DNA from: Orbicella franksi
Lineage: Eukaryota
Length of the DNA stretch: 64,000 nucleotides
Direction: 5' to 3'
Assembly (NCBI GenBank): GCA_964199315.1
Contig: OZ116711.1
Span: 23,188,001 to 23,252,000, forward strand
In this document: piece after piece, positions 49,411 through 62,309 of the stretch
Layout: each line of letters starts with the position of its first letter
Position numbering within the stretch: the first letter of the stretch is position 1
Translations under genes and position numbers: made by a program
The notes under the pieces: model-generated
Database searches by the model: none
The model's input: the letters and a program-made list of their open reading frames with translations, nothing else
Told to the model about the DNA's origin: nothing

Positions 49411-50432
49411 GGCGGCAAACGGGCGCAAATTACTTCTCTCCCGACCCTCCCTGCCCCCACTCAGTTGAAGAAGCAACTTACCATTTTCAAAATTACACTC
49501 TTGAATATACATGGATTTGACTTAGCGGTAAAATGCCACGCGTGTTTCTAAAACACTAAATCAACCAGTTAAATGATACGCAATCTTGCTGATTCCTATA
49601 TGGGGTCCGGTTTCCCCACCACCACCCACTGGATCCGTCAATGAACGAGTTTCTTCTTGAATCTATTTTCTCCAATTTTACGTTCCATATTTTCCATTTT
49701 ACGGCATCAATATGATTTTTAGACTTTTCCACTGGACTTTGGACACGTTTTCTGGGTTGCTGATCAGTGGAGTAGTCCTAATCACTTCCGGTTACCTCAG
49801 CGTCGCCTACCCCGTAGAGTCGAGTGTACGACGACTGTAGGGCAGGTGGGGACTAGCTTTGAGAGTCACCCGAGCTCGAAGCAAGTTGCAAATCGAAAAC
49901 AAAGCACACCTACCCAAATTGAAAATCCCGATGATGGCAATACTGGCAATTTCTCTAGATCTCTACAAGATAGCCAAACTCTTCAAGGAGCTACGACCCC
50001 TTTGGAAGCTACAATCCTGGTCAGAAGTCTTCGGACACTTTGCACTTTTGCCATCATTATTATGATATTTCTGTCCACCTCCACCTCCCCACCCCCAATA
50101 CGATGTTGATGTTGAATCATCCAAAGTCCAACATTGTTTTGGGGGGAGGGGGGCTCGGCAAATTAAATAATGACGTCCCACTTCAAAATGATGCCGCACC
50201 AGTTGGCATTTTGTCAAATGTCTCAAGGATGCGCGCTATTCGTAAAAATAACACTTTCAGGGCATCAATCTGCCTGCAGGATGAAAGAGCTGGCCACGTC
50301 ACGCCGCCAAAGCACTCGAAAACGGCGCGAATTTTCATCCAATAAAATCAATCATTTGGAAAGAATACACCAATCAGAGAACGAGGTTTACACTTGGCCC
50401 GAGGGCAAGCCGAGTGCTCTGCAACATCCAAC

Positions 50433-53400
50433 ATGGCTTCCCCTTTCGCTAATTTCGAGGAGTTTTACGCTCCCAGTGCCACAGATGTTTTAGCCTTTGT
50501 ATTTATTTTATTGTGGTTAGTGTTAGTATTATTCCAGTTGATATCTATAGCAACAGGGTAAGTATTGCTTGCTTCACTGTTTACTGAGCTGCGTAATTCA
50601 ATACTGTCTTGTTCGCTAGACTCAATGGGTTGCTTGTACACAACCATGTTTGTAGCAATTTTACTGATTTGTCATTGTATCCGTATTTTAGAAAAATATA
50701 CCTCCACAAATGCCCTCTCATTGCCAATAATAAAGAACTTCCAGGGGTTTCAATCTTGAAGGTGAGATATCGTTCATAATCGACCTTATTGTCCACATGC
50801 AATTTCAAATGTTGTTTGATCGATCAGTTAAGTCATGTTGGAGATTAAAAACATTTCTCTTATTAACGGTGTGTGTATCTTTATTTTGTAGCCCTTGGTC
50901 GGAGATGATCCGAATCTTATAAAAAATCTTCAAACTTTTTTCGAACTCAAATACCCAAAGGTAAGATACAGAAGTATCGTACGCTCCACCATATCAGTGA
51001 CTAAATTCGCTATGTTTCATTTCTCGACGACATTGTTTTAAAATAAACTTACATTACTTAATTTTTCTCCTTTTAATTTTTCTCGTTGATGTTATTTGGA
51101 GCCCGCCCGTTGACGGTTGAGATATGTTAAAATATGCATACGCTAGTTTACTAAACAAGTCTGTTGTCTAATTTGTTTCAGTTTGAAATTCTCTTCTGTG
51201 TACAAGATGAGCTAGATCCGGCTGTCAAAATTGTACGCCAGTTGATGGAAGCATTTCCTTTAGTGAATTCACGACTATTTACGAGTAAGTTAAATCAGAG
51301 CAAAATTATCCGGATAATTTAATCTTGGTGGGGTTGTTTTATATTTACATAAATATGTCCCCAGAGAGCTTGAATCTGGAATGGTCTCCAGACCACAAAG
51401 CTAACTGCATTTTAAAATACATGAACTCAAATCGAATAAACAATGACAGAAAGAAAACTTTTGAAAATTGCTTTCCTATTAAATTCTCGACAGGGTCTGA
51501 ATTTGGGCAAATGTTGGCATGGCAAAAATTTCCAGATAGGCATTGTATTATGCCTGATGATGCTTATGAATATCTGTCTAAATTGCACAACTTTGAAATT
51601 TATAGGGTCGTTCCAAAGCAGATAATTATAACAGCATAATGCTCTGAAATTTTTTTGTCAAAATTTAGAACAATACAAGGGTGCTTTCTTTTAATTCAAA
51701 AGGATTAGAATTTTTGTTTATCTGTCCTGTGGCTCATTAAATATTCAGCTCCATTATGTTCTTATTCAAAGCCCATTCTTGAATCTTCGCCAAGTGAAAA
51801 TATGAATAAATTGGCTGTGTTTTTAAATTGTTAACCATAATATTATGCCCTCAGATGAAATTTTCTTTGATGTTTTTAATAACCTTTTGTAGGATAGATA
51901 ATCTTTATTTAAACACAGTCAAAAAAAAAAGTCAGCTAAAACTACTAATAACTAATAGTGAAAAAAAAAAACAATTAAATTTAAAAAAAAGCTGCTTTCC
52001 ACGAATGCTGTGCCTCATACATTTCTTTGAGTAGGCATTTAAACTGCCTCAGGGACTCTGCTTCCCATAAGTCACAAGGAAGACTGTTCCAAAGAATGGC
52101 GCCACTATAGCTAAAGTTGTTTTTATAATAGTTTGTGCACAGCAATGGAACATTAAGTTTGTTCTCAGAGTCCCTTAGATTACATGTATATGCAGCTTCT
52201 CGCCTCTGGAATTTAGAACTTAGATATTCTAGAGCCAAACCATGCAAAGACTTATAAACCATTGTAGCTCTTTGAATTTGCTGCTGGCTTGTTCAATTTT
52301 TCCACCCGAGAAGTTTGAACAGGTGACCAGCATCTACGTCATAGTTTGAGTAGGTCAAAACACAGGCTGCTCTTTTTACAATATTTTTGTAAAACAGTTT
52401 TTAGAAGTTTTTGTAATTTTTCTTGGTTTTTTTCTTTTTACTTTGTAATTTTAAAACAATATTTTTGCAAAGTGCATTTGATCATTGAAATTAAACTTGC
52501 TCTGTATAAAATAATTTCAAACATTTTTATAATAATAATTATATATGTAGTGTATCTTAATAAGTGTTTTGTGGTATGGATGTTTCAAGAATTGCCTTTG
52601 TGCAGATTCATGATGATACTAGTGTTTTGTGAAGTCAACTGCCACATCAACTTACATTAATAACCTCCCTAAATGTTTTTAAACAAAATGTTCAAACCTT
52701 CCATTTTAAGCATGTTTTTAAGCTAGGTAAGTTTTTAATTATGTTTATCATTTATATGTCCATTTTAATATATTAGGACCTACTTTTTACAATATTTTTT
52801 TTAAACAGTTTTTAGGAGTTTTTGTATTTTTTTTTTCAGTGTCTTTTTAGTTTGTAATTTTAAAACTGTATAATATTTTGTAAAGTGTATTTGATCACTG
52901 AAATGAAATTTGTGCTACATAAATTTCAAACATTTTTATTATAATGATGTTATTATTAGTGGTTGATTGATGACAATGGGAAACAGGCAACGTGACACTG
53001 TTTACTCTAGCGGTATTTGTTGATGAACAACTGTTGCAAAGTTGTGCTATGACAGAATTTTTCGGATTTTTAAAACAAATAGAATTTTGACTAGTGAAAT
53101 TGATGATCAAAATTAAGAAGGAGGTGAGAATTGTTGAGCTGATTTTTTATTATTTTACAATCTTCCATGAAATGTTTATAAATTACTCAAACTTGGAGCT
53201 TAATTTGATCACTTTGACATGTGCAAATTACACTGTCATTCTTTAGCCAATCAGAGAAAAAATATATAGTATTTAAGCTTGTGCTAATTATTTTCTTTGT
53301 GGGGTTGTCATTGTTAAAAGGTTTGGAGTAGAGATTTTGTCTTCTCAAATTGAAGTTGTTTTTAAATTCTTGAATATTAAGTTTCTGTTATTAACATTTA

Positions 53401-56400
53401 ACGAGTTTCTGACTGCCACCGAGCAGTCAACTCAATGTAGAGAGTTCACCAGAGGTCACATGTGTGTGATTGACCCAAGACTTTGAGCAATTTCAGTTTT
53501 GAAATAGTATAATGTATTTTTCCAGAAAATATCCATACCCCTCCCACAGAAGTGTTTGGTTTGAAACATCCCCTCCCCCCACCCCACACCTCTCTGGATT
53601 CATACTATCCTTTGAAAAATTGGCTTTTGAGATCTCCCTCCCACTTAGAATTATCACTAACCCTTCTCAGGTTGGGTATGGAATACCAATTACTATCTCA
53701 TGAATGCAAGACATAATTTGGTCATTTTGTCAGAATGGGGAAATTCCAGTCACTGGAGAGTGCTTCATAATAGATAATTAAAATATCCAGATGCTAGACA
53801 GCTTAGGCTCCTTAGGATTCAAATGGGTTTTATTTAACAATCAAAGTGGTTTTGTGATTGACTACTCCTTGGTTGCGTTGAGTCTAGGAGGAACACAATC
53901 AACTGGAAAATTTGGTTAGACTTGTCAGTACATCTGTATATAGATTAACTAATCAGGAAAGAACCCTGTTGTAATGGATGCTGTCTGAAGGATGACTATA
54001 GATTCACATACTTTCACTATTTTGTGTCAAACTGAGTTGCTAATTAAAATTTGCTCATTTCTGTTTTGACCACAGCTGCCAAGACAATTGGTGTCAATCC
54101 AAAGATAAATAATATGAATCAAGGTTATAAGGCAGCCAAGTATGACCTGTTATGGATCTGCGATAGTAATATTAAAGGTAATTTAGTTTGTCCAAATCAT
54201 GCCACAATTCACTACAGTGCCCCTTTAACTTGACACATGTATATTAATTAATTTGAGATGCTATGATGCTAGCATTCTATGATGACATGGCTAAATAGCC
54301 ATATTTTTTAAGTGTTTTAAAGAAAATGGCCCATGTTATATCACCAACTTATTCAAGCCCCGGGTCACGCCATACAATCTTAGAAGCAGTGGGCTAAACG
54401 TAGAACAACGCCCTTACAATAGTAGATTCTTCCACGGCTCGTATTCTTATATCATCTCTAGAATTTGGAATCAGTTACCGCCGGCAGCAAAAAATGCAGC
54501 AAACGTTCCAGCTTTTATCAATCATCTTAATAGAACAAACTTTGGTGGCTGCCAATGCAGTTCTTGTCTTAAATGATTCCTTTATAGATATGTTGTATTT
54601 TTATCGTTTTTTAATATTGTATTTTTAACGCATATTTTTTAAGATATTAATAGTATGACAACTTTGTATTTTTTAATATATAGTTTTTAAATCTTTTTTT
54701 TAACATGTATGTCAAACACTTTTATCATGAGCCCCTGGCTCAGGAGACTTGGGCAACCACTCCCCGTGTTCTTGACGTAAAATAAATTACCTTACCTTAC
54801 CTTACCTTACCTTACGTCACTGCAACACCTGTTATGTAGTGTTCTGTTTATATCTTTCCCTGTAACCATGTTTTTTTCTGGCAGTTGCCTGATGATTGCT
54901 TCAGAAGAAGCATGAAACTCTGAGAAGCAAGTAAATGTTTTGGACCAACTAATCCAGCTCTGTAATTCTGTTATTATAACTTGTTCTAGTTTAACTATTG
55001 AGCACTCTAATAGCCAATGAGGATTTCAACCTGCTATTTGGTTATATCTATTTATTAATATTTATTGTCTGTTATTGTTGATTTTTAGTCCATCAGGGCA
55101 CTCTTCAGGAGTTAGTGTCTCATATGGGGCCAGGTGTAGGAATGGTTCATCAGGTATTAAGTAAAAAACTGTTTTTTTCTTCTTCCATGTATGTATACAA
55201 GGAAAATAGAATCACTGTACTCAGCATGGAAAGTGTGGCTAGGGGTAGACATTTTTTAACTGTTATTTAAAAAATACAAAATGTACCATGTTTCTGTCGA
55301 GTTATAGAAACAGGAGCATAAGTTTGGGAGAGTGAGAAATGCTGTGGGAACACAACCCGATAGGCGTCAGTATTTCCACAGCTTTTTCAACTTCTCCCAA
55401 ACTTCCATGAGTGTTTCTATAACTCAACAGAAACATGGGCGACATGTTTTCCATTCTTTTTAGAAAATTCTGCAACTAAAAAAAACACAAATTGTTTACT
55501 CTTTGCTTGCGTCATCATCACATCAACAGCTCATGTCAGTTTGGTGTTTCCATCACGTTATAGAATCACGATTTTGAACCAGTCAGCAGGCATATTTTCT
55601 TTGGGCTATTTTCTAAAGGTAATCAAGGCAGTGATTGTCAGAAAAGTGATTATTGTAACAATATTGTGAGATAGTAGCCTGGTTACCCAGCACTGATGTG
55701 AGCTAGCCAACACAGTTGCTGTATGTAGGCCTTTTCAGAACTACGGAATTACAGGGACTTCACAAAGCTGTTCTTGTGTTCTTTTATGCCTCGAGATCCT
55801 TACAATGATCTCGCCAAATGCTAATTTGTAGTCTTTTTTATCTTGAAGCTTTAATGAGTATAATTATTATTTTCAATAGATACCGTTTGTTGTTAACTGC
55901 ATGGATTTTGCTGCTTGTGTAGATAAGGTAAGAGAAGATATTGCTTGAAGGTATGGGAGTGTGTATGTGTTATGTGGCTTAACTTATACTTGTTCACAAA
56001 TCTTGACAGGTCTACTTTGGAACCCAACATGCATTTGTATATTTGCTAGCTTATAGCCTGGGTCAGCTGTGTGCAAATGGCATGTCAAGTCTCTATAGCA
56101 AACCTCTTCTGGATGAGATAGGTAATGTTGAACTCAAGAGTTATTGTATTCACAAACAGTGATTTGGGATGCTAAGAATCTTTGGTGCAGTTTCATTTCA
56201 TTGATATATAAGGTGAGAGAGAATATCTACTGGATTCGCATAAATACTTATGGTGTGATCAAAATAATCAATGGCACAGAAATAGAAAACAATTTTATGG
56301 GTCATTAGCAAGGGAAAGGCTGTGGTCTAAATCAAATTATGAGGAGCCCACAGGTTCCTAACCATGAAATCCTGGGTGCCTAGCACCTAAGCTGATATGA

Positions 56401-57127
56401 AAAAAAATTAAGTTTTCCTGTCCCCCAAAGGTAAAAGTTAGTCACCGTGGCACCCAGGCACTTCTAGAACACAGGCCTGAAGGGTGTCTCTAATTCACAC
56501 ACTACTAATTTTGCAGGAGGTCTAGAAGTGTTTTCTTGCTATATAGCAGAAGATTATTTCATATCAAAAGCAATATTTAAAAGGTTAGTTACAAACTTTG
56601 GTATTTTGATTGATGCATTGAGTTAATCTGTATCTTCACATTGATGTTGTTGTCAAGAAGACTGGCAGTCCTATTAATGGTGATAGTAACTAGATAGTAA
56701 CTTCACATTTTGTTGATTGCAGGGGAATGAAAGTTGTTCTGAGCTCTGACCCAGCCATGCAGAATCCAAGTAGTTACTCTCTTTTTCGATATCAGCAAAG
56801 AATGGTCAGGTATGTTGACATTACTTTTACTGTGAACAATCCTTTGACAGTAAATGTTTGCCTTTGCTGGCCTTGCTGCACGTTTTTCTGCATCTATATG
56901 TGTTCATCACAGTTGACGTTAGAAAGTGTGCACAGTTTTCAATCCCAGATAATTTAAATTTAATTTTTTGAAGTTAACTATTGATGGAGTTATAGACAAA
57001 AGTGCTGCTTTAACAAAGCTTCATCATGTGTCTGCTAACTGTACCTAGCCCAAAGCAAACTTTGAATATACATTAAGACAATAATATACATAGTGTTGAA
57101 ATTGAAAGACCAATGACTTCCTTTGGG

Positions 57128-57161
<34 letters not shown>

Positions 57162-58291
57162 ATTCTTTTTTAACCTGTTTGACCATGAATCCCCTCACTG
57201 GTATCCATTGTTTTAAAACAAAGACATGTTTGTGATTGGTTGTTTTATTACCGTGACTCTTTGATGAGAATCTATTGACTGTTCATCATGTTGTTTTCTA
57301 GATGGACCAGGTTGCGTCTTACAATGCAACCATTTCCAGCTATATTTGAACCCCTAACAGAAAGTGCTGTGATTGGTTTACTGACCTGCTGGGCAGTACA
57401 TCATCTTTGGGAATTCAGTGCAATACTTTTCTTCATTGAACACCTTGTTTTGTGGTTCATGTTGGATTATATTTTACTCAGATGTCTTCAAGGGGTGAGC
57501 ATTTTTTAGTACTATTACAAGCCTAATATCCATTCTAAATATCACTAATTCTTCCTACAAGTCTCAAGCTTAAGGTGGTGGCTTACTACAGTTTTGATGG
57601 ATTATAACAGCCCAACTCCTAACTCTTTTGAAAAATGTTCCAAGATGTTTCTACTTTCTCTATTTACTGTTTAATTAAGTCTTTTACCATTCTATGTGAA
57701 ACTTGAACAATTAAACGTCAACAAATGGCCAAAATGAACGACCGAGTACCTAAGGAGAGACTGGGCACTAGTAGGTTAAACCACGTTTTTCTCAAAATCT
57801 ACCCGTATGACCCCACCTCAAAATTTCAGGAATAAGAAATTGGCTCTGATTTAACATTCAGGCAAAGTAAAATAAAAATCTGTAAGACAGATTTTGAGCT
57901 ACTTTAGATTTCACATTTTCTTAGTTTGCAAAAAATCAGCAAGTTGTTGTATTGCGTTAGACATTCTCTATACCTCTCTGACAGAAGATGCTGGTTTCCT
58001 TTGGTATCTCCAATGAGCTTTCCTTGTCATTTCTTCTTTAGTATATGTTTGTATCATCACTTATTTTGTCTGACTTGCATGCTTTTGTTTCAGCCCAACA
58101 ATGCCTTACCACCGTTATGGAAAATCTTTCTGGCATGGCTGTTTAGGGAGTTTTCATGGATAGCATTTTTTCTTCAAGCAGCGTGTGGCCGTGAGATTGA
58201 ATGGCGAACATCACACTTTGTGTTGAGGCTAGGTGGTAAGGCTGAGCGACTCCAAGAAAAATGCCAAGACCTAAACAACCACTGCTGTTGA
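50433..58291 (+). CDS. UGCG: Ceramide glucosyltransferase (GT21), 412 aa
   Basis: 12 in-phase exons: 50433-50557, 50692-50761, 50892-50960, 51182-51284, 54076-54177, 55089-55153, 55880-55927, 56010-56121, 56517-56583, 56723-56809, 57302-57494, 58094-58291. N-terminal TM helix, LPGVSILKPLVGDDPNL, CVQD, GVNPKINN, LWICDS, YIAEDY, RMVRW, IEWRT. Confidence 0.95.
51860..52330 (-). mobile_element. L2/CR1-type LINE 3' fragment in UGCG intron 4
   Basis: ORF 51981-52262: VYKSLHGLALEYL...NLRDSENKLNVP...FSYSGAILWNSLP. Boundaries are approximate. Confidence 0.8.
52373..52940 (+). repeat. Imperfect duplication of an AT-rich segment in UGCG intron 4 (period about 410 bp)
   Basis: ttttacaatatttt...aaacagtttttag...tttgatca.tgaaat...aatttcaaacattttta occurs near 52375 and near 52785. 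Confidence 0.7.
54295..54815 (+). mobile_element. CR1/L2-group (Crack/Daphne-like) LINE 3' end in UGCG intron 5
   Basis: Frame encodes PCYITNLFKPRVTPYNLRS...SYIISRIWNQLP...GCQCSSCLK* (stop 54574-54576), followed by a 3'UTR, AATAAA at 54781 and an (ACCTT)n tail. Confidence 0.82.
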
Positions 58292-60712
58292 ACTGAAATG
58301 AACACTGAACTGCTATTTATTATAATTCTAAAGTCTACTACACACAGTAGTGTGGTCTCAATCGAACTCGTTAAGGGTAGTAAGAGCAATTTCATGGTTC
58401 CCTTGTGGAACTTAGCGTTAAGAAATTTGTGGGAACTTATATTTGGGGATTCCTAGAAGATTTATCTGCTACTTGCAGTAATGTCAGTGCTATCAGATGA
58501 TTGTACTGCTGTACTTGATGCCAGAGTTGTAGACAAACCGCAAGGTGCGCTTACATTATATCAGTTTTGTGTGGAAAGATGAGATTAAAGTGCCAAATAG
58601 TGAACTTGTTTTCTAAGCAATTTCAAGGTAAAAGGAGACTTAACACCTCTGGTATCAAGAAAAAGTTCTTTATTAAATGTAATGAAATCTATGAGTGTTA
58701 AGGATGAAATCTTATTTTGTAAAACGTGGAAAACAATTATTTATTTTACATCATAGAGTTTTGCAGGATAGGTTTTACGCCTAATGCAGTCATTTGTGAC
58801 AAGGAATTGTAAGTTATTGTAATTTATGTCAAGCATGTTGACATGATGGTTTTCATGTTATAATGCTATTAATGCTTATTAAACAGCAACAACTTAGAAC
58901 CAGATTCTTAATGTACTGCTGATTCATTTTCTATTCAGGGATGTTTTATGCATACAGTATTATAGCGAATAGTACATGTGAACGTGAGTTGCTTTGTGAG
59001 TTTCTTTGACGCGTTTGTGAAAAGAAAAATGCGTTACGTGTTGCGATATGCAGAAAATATTAGTTTCAAACTGTCAAATATTGTCTTTCACGGCACAGAG
59101 TCTCAAATATGTTAATTTAGTTATTCTTATGACGGTCTGGCTTTTCTCAGTTTCTCTCGTTAAGCTGGGGCATTTGTTTGCATTCAAATAGGAAAACCAT
59201 CATGGCGGCTGTAGTGAGTACAGCCAATTCACAAGGTAATTCTCCATACACACATACGTATCGTGATCTTAGTTTGCTTCATTCGATTCTTTAAAGTGGT
59301 TTTGCTTATGAAACTTGTAATGTCGTTTTCAGACAGAAGAGGAAAGAAAAAAGGCGGGAAAATGCGTTCGTGGTAGAACACTACTTGATACTTGATTGGT
59401 TAAGCGGGAGGATCAACTCTGATTGGTCCATTCACAGGATACTAGTTGCGTCTTTGTTTTACTATACGATTCTCTTTTTTCCATTTCGGTGAATTTTAAG
59501 ACGCTCATTTTTTTATTATTTATGTTTAACGAAAGGGCAATTTATATACTTTCTCTTTAAACTGCTTTTTTAAGGTTTTTTTTTCCCGAATCCACACGTT
59601 AGTATCCGCTATTATTGGTTTGGATTTTATAATAAGGCTAACTGTGCAGGTATTTTTTTTTCTGGTTGAAATTGTACTAAATCGGATGTGCTTTCTGATT
59701 ATGCCAGTTCTTTATTTATCTCACATTTAAGTTAATGCACCTTATGTAAAATTCGAGGAAACTGAACGTAACTTCTATTTAGTGACTAAGTAAGTTTTCA
59801 AACGTTCCTTACCTATTAGCAGTACTTATCAATAGTTTAAGGCTTATTCGAGCCGTTTATCTGATAAGAAAGCATGGTCTGCTATGCTTAAGATTTTGAC
59901 AATAATTTACAGTTGAATTTACTCAGTCGGAAGAAAATTAACGCTTCTTTCCGAGACATCGTGTTCTGTTGTGTTTGGTTTGTAAGTTTACTTGTTGTTG
60001 AGTAAAGAAAGTAAAACTGAAAGTGACAAATAGCCAAGGTGTTATGTTCATTTCCTTCCAAACATATGTCACTGTATTCCTTTGTAACTACTTTACGGTT
60101 TTCTTGATGTGACGAATATTCAAGATCTCGGTATTTGGGGTGTGATTACAAAACATGACCTAAAACTTTGGACGTTAAAAGTAATGATACGTTTTATTTT
60201 CTACAGCGAATTTTGTTTCAGTAGCAAAGCTTGTTGGGATTGTGGGCGATTCTTCGTGTTGGTAGGTCTATAAATAACAAAGGGTTTAAATCTTAATTAG
60301 GGCTGGCAAAGATGTTATTCTGAACCGTTTTCTTTTAATTATTACTTGTGTTTCGCTTTTCAGAAACATAGAAAAATAGGGATGACAATATAACAGCATG
60401 TAGCGTTTCGTTTGTTCAAACTAAACTCATTAACATTGGTAAAACCCTAGTCTATGATTGGTTGGTTTTAGCGATTGCACCTGTTGACTTGATATCATGT
60501 ATTTACATACTCACACAACACGCAGGAACACGTTTCACATCTACATCTCATTTATCAAACGCCATGTAAATTTAATGTAACCATGCTATCGCTATAACAA
60601 CGTTTCGTCTCTTAAAAACATTCATGTTTGGCTTACGTGGGTGAATCTGTCGGATTTGCGTTGGGTAGTTGTTATTGACTGTATTTTTCGACTGTCGTTT
60701 TTAGCCACGAAC

Positions 60713-61366
60713 ATGAGTGCTCAAGTTTCTGCCCATTCGAGAAACTCCTCACTCGGTGGAGGACCTTCAATGATTGGTATGATTAGGGCCCGAAAACTCG
60801 CCGTTAAAATGAAAAAGCGGGCGCAGTTTTTAGTGGCCGATAGGAAGCGAAGAGAAAACGCAGGTAAGACGGCTGTGATTCACTGGGATTTCCCTCGAAA
60901 TTTCCGTCGAGATGAGCCACCAACAAGGTTATTAGTCCCTGGAGGAAAATCCCCAACGAGCTCACGATCTCCAAGTGCATCATCGCGTTATGGCTACGTG
61001 AATGTGAGTCAACCGCCCAAAAACACATACCGCATGGAACCTCTAAGCCGCTTTTCCGAGCCAAAAGTCAAAGAGGTTATTGAAGATGTTCTGGATCAGA
61101 ACCTTAATGGTCACACTTACGAAGCAGTGTTCTGCCAGGAAATGAGTAAAAAACTCTCTGATATTATCAAACAACGGGTCAAGTTCTTGGGATTTTCACG
61201 GTACAAATTCATCTGTATTGTACACATGGGACAGGTTAATAATCAAGGAATGCGGATAGGAAGTCGCTGCTTATGGGATCAGAAATTTGACAATGTTGCG
61301 GAAGGATATTTCAGAAACGGTGACTTATTTGCAGTCGCCACTGTGTTCGGTTTGTATTGCGAGTAG
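60713..61366 (+). CDS. Tctex1-domain dynein light chain (TCTEX1D1/DYNLT4-5-like) with basic N-terminal extension, 217 aa
   Basis: Uninterrupted ORF from ATG 60713, with an acceptor-like ttttag at 60699-60704 just upstream. C-terminal Tctex1 domain NTYRMEP...RYKFICIVHMGQ...SRCLWD...FAVATVFGLYCE. Confidence 0.88.
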   Translation: MSAQVSAHSRNSSLGGGPSMIGMIRARKLAVKMKKRAQFLVADRKRRENAGKTAVIHWDFPRNFRRDEPPTRLLVPGGKSPTSSRSPSASSRYGYVNVSQPPKNTYRMEPLSRFSEPKVKEVIEDVLDQNLNGHTYEAVFCQEMSKKLSDIIKQRVKFLGFSRYKFICIVHMGQVNNQGMRIGSRCLWDQKFDNVAEGYFRNGDLFAVATVFGLYCE

Positions 61367-62309
61367 ACAATAACAAGACGGCAAGCCTGAACTGGCGTCT
61401 TCTGCCATTGACCGCGTAGCTTCATTGTTTTCTTGTTAGTTGCCTAAGAAAATAAACGTCTAGAAAGGAAATTGTGTTAAGCGGGGGAAATATGATTGTT
61501 ATAGCACGATAGTAGATTTGATATGAAACTCTCGAACCTAGTGTATGCAAATTCGGGGCCGGATGAAAACTAAGAACTGAAAACATTGTTACGAATTTTA
61601 ATAACAGTAACTGAACGAAAATTACCCCGCAGAGAAAGACCTTTAAAACAATAATTCAAATTGCTGTGTGTCAGACCTCGCTTTCCAATTATGAAAGCGG
61701 TAAATGACATTTATTCAAACACCTGTACACATTGTTAAAATACATGTCACGCTACTAGAGCCCGCTATAAACACTAAAAAGCTGACTAACTTAAACAGGT
61801 CAAAATTTAAATATTAGTAAAGGCACAGTGAAAATTCTATATTTGCTTTACAGAGGTGTCCACAACAATCGTTGTTCAACTTCTTTTATTCCCACGCCTT
61901 GCTTTAATATTTCCATGGTAACCGTATTTTCACAAGCTTCTCCACCCAAATTTATATTCACGTTACTTCAGGTTTCAGAAGAGCTCACTCTGTTTACAGT
62001 CTTAGTACATTTTGACTTCTTCGTCAACGGTTTTAGCGTTTTTATCCGATTTTTGGAAACACTGATTTTTTTTTAAACCAAGATGGCGTTTCTAAAGTGT
62101 TGGTAATTGATTCTGGCAGGCAACAACTACGGGTGCTATACAAACCATAATAATGGCAAAATCGATCATACTTCTAAAGATACTGAGGGGGAAGGGGACG
62201 GGGGATATTTCTGTTCCACCCGCTACCAGGCCCGCGCCTACGTTGCCAGTGTAAAACGCAGCAAAGTAACTAAACAGAGCCTAGACAGACAATGTATTAA
62301 CTACCAATT

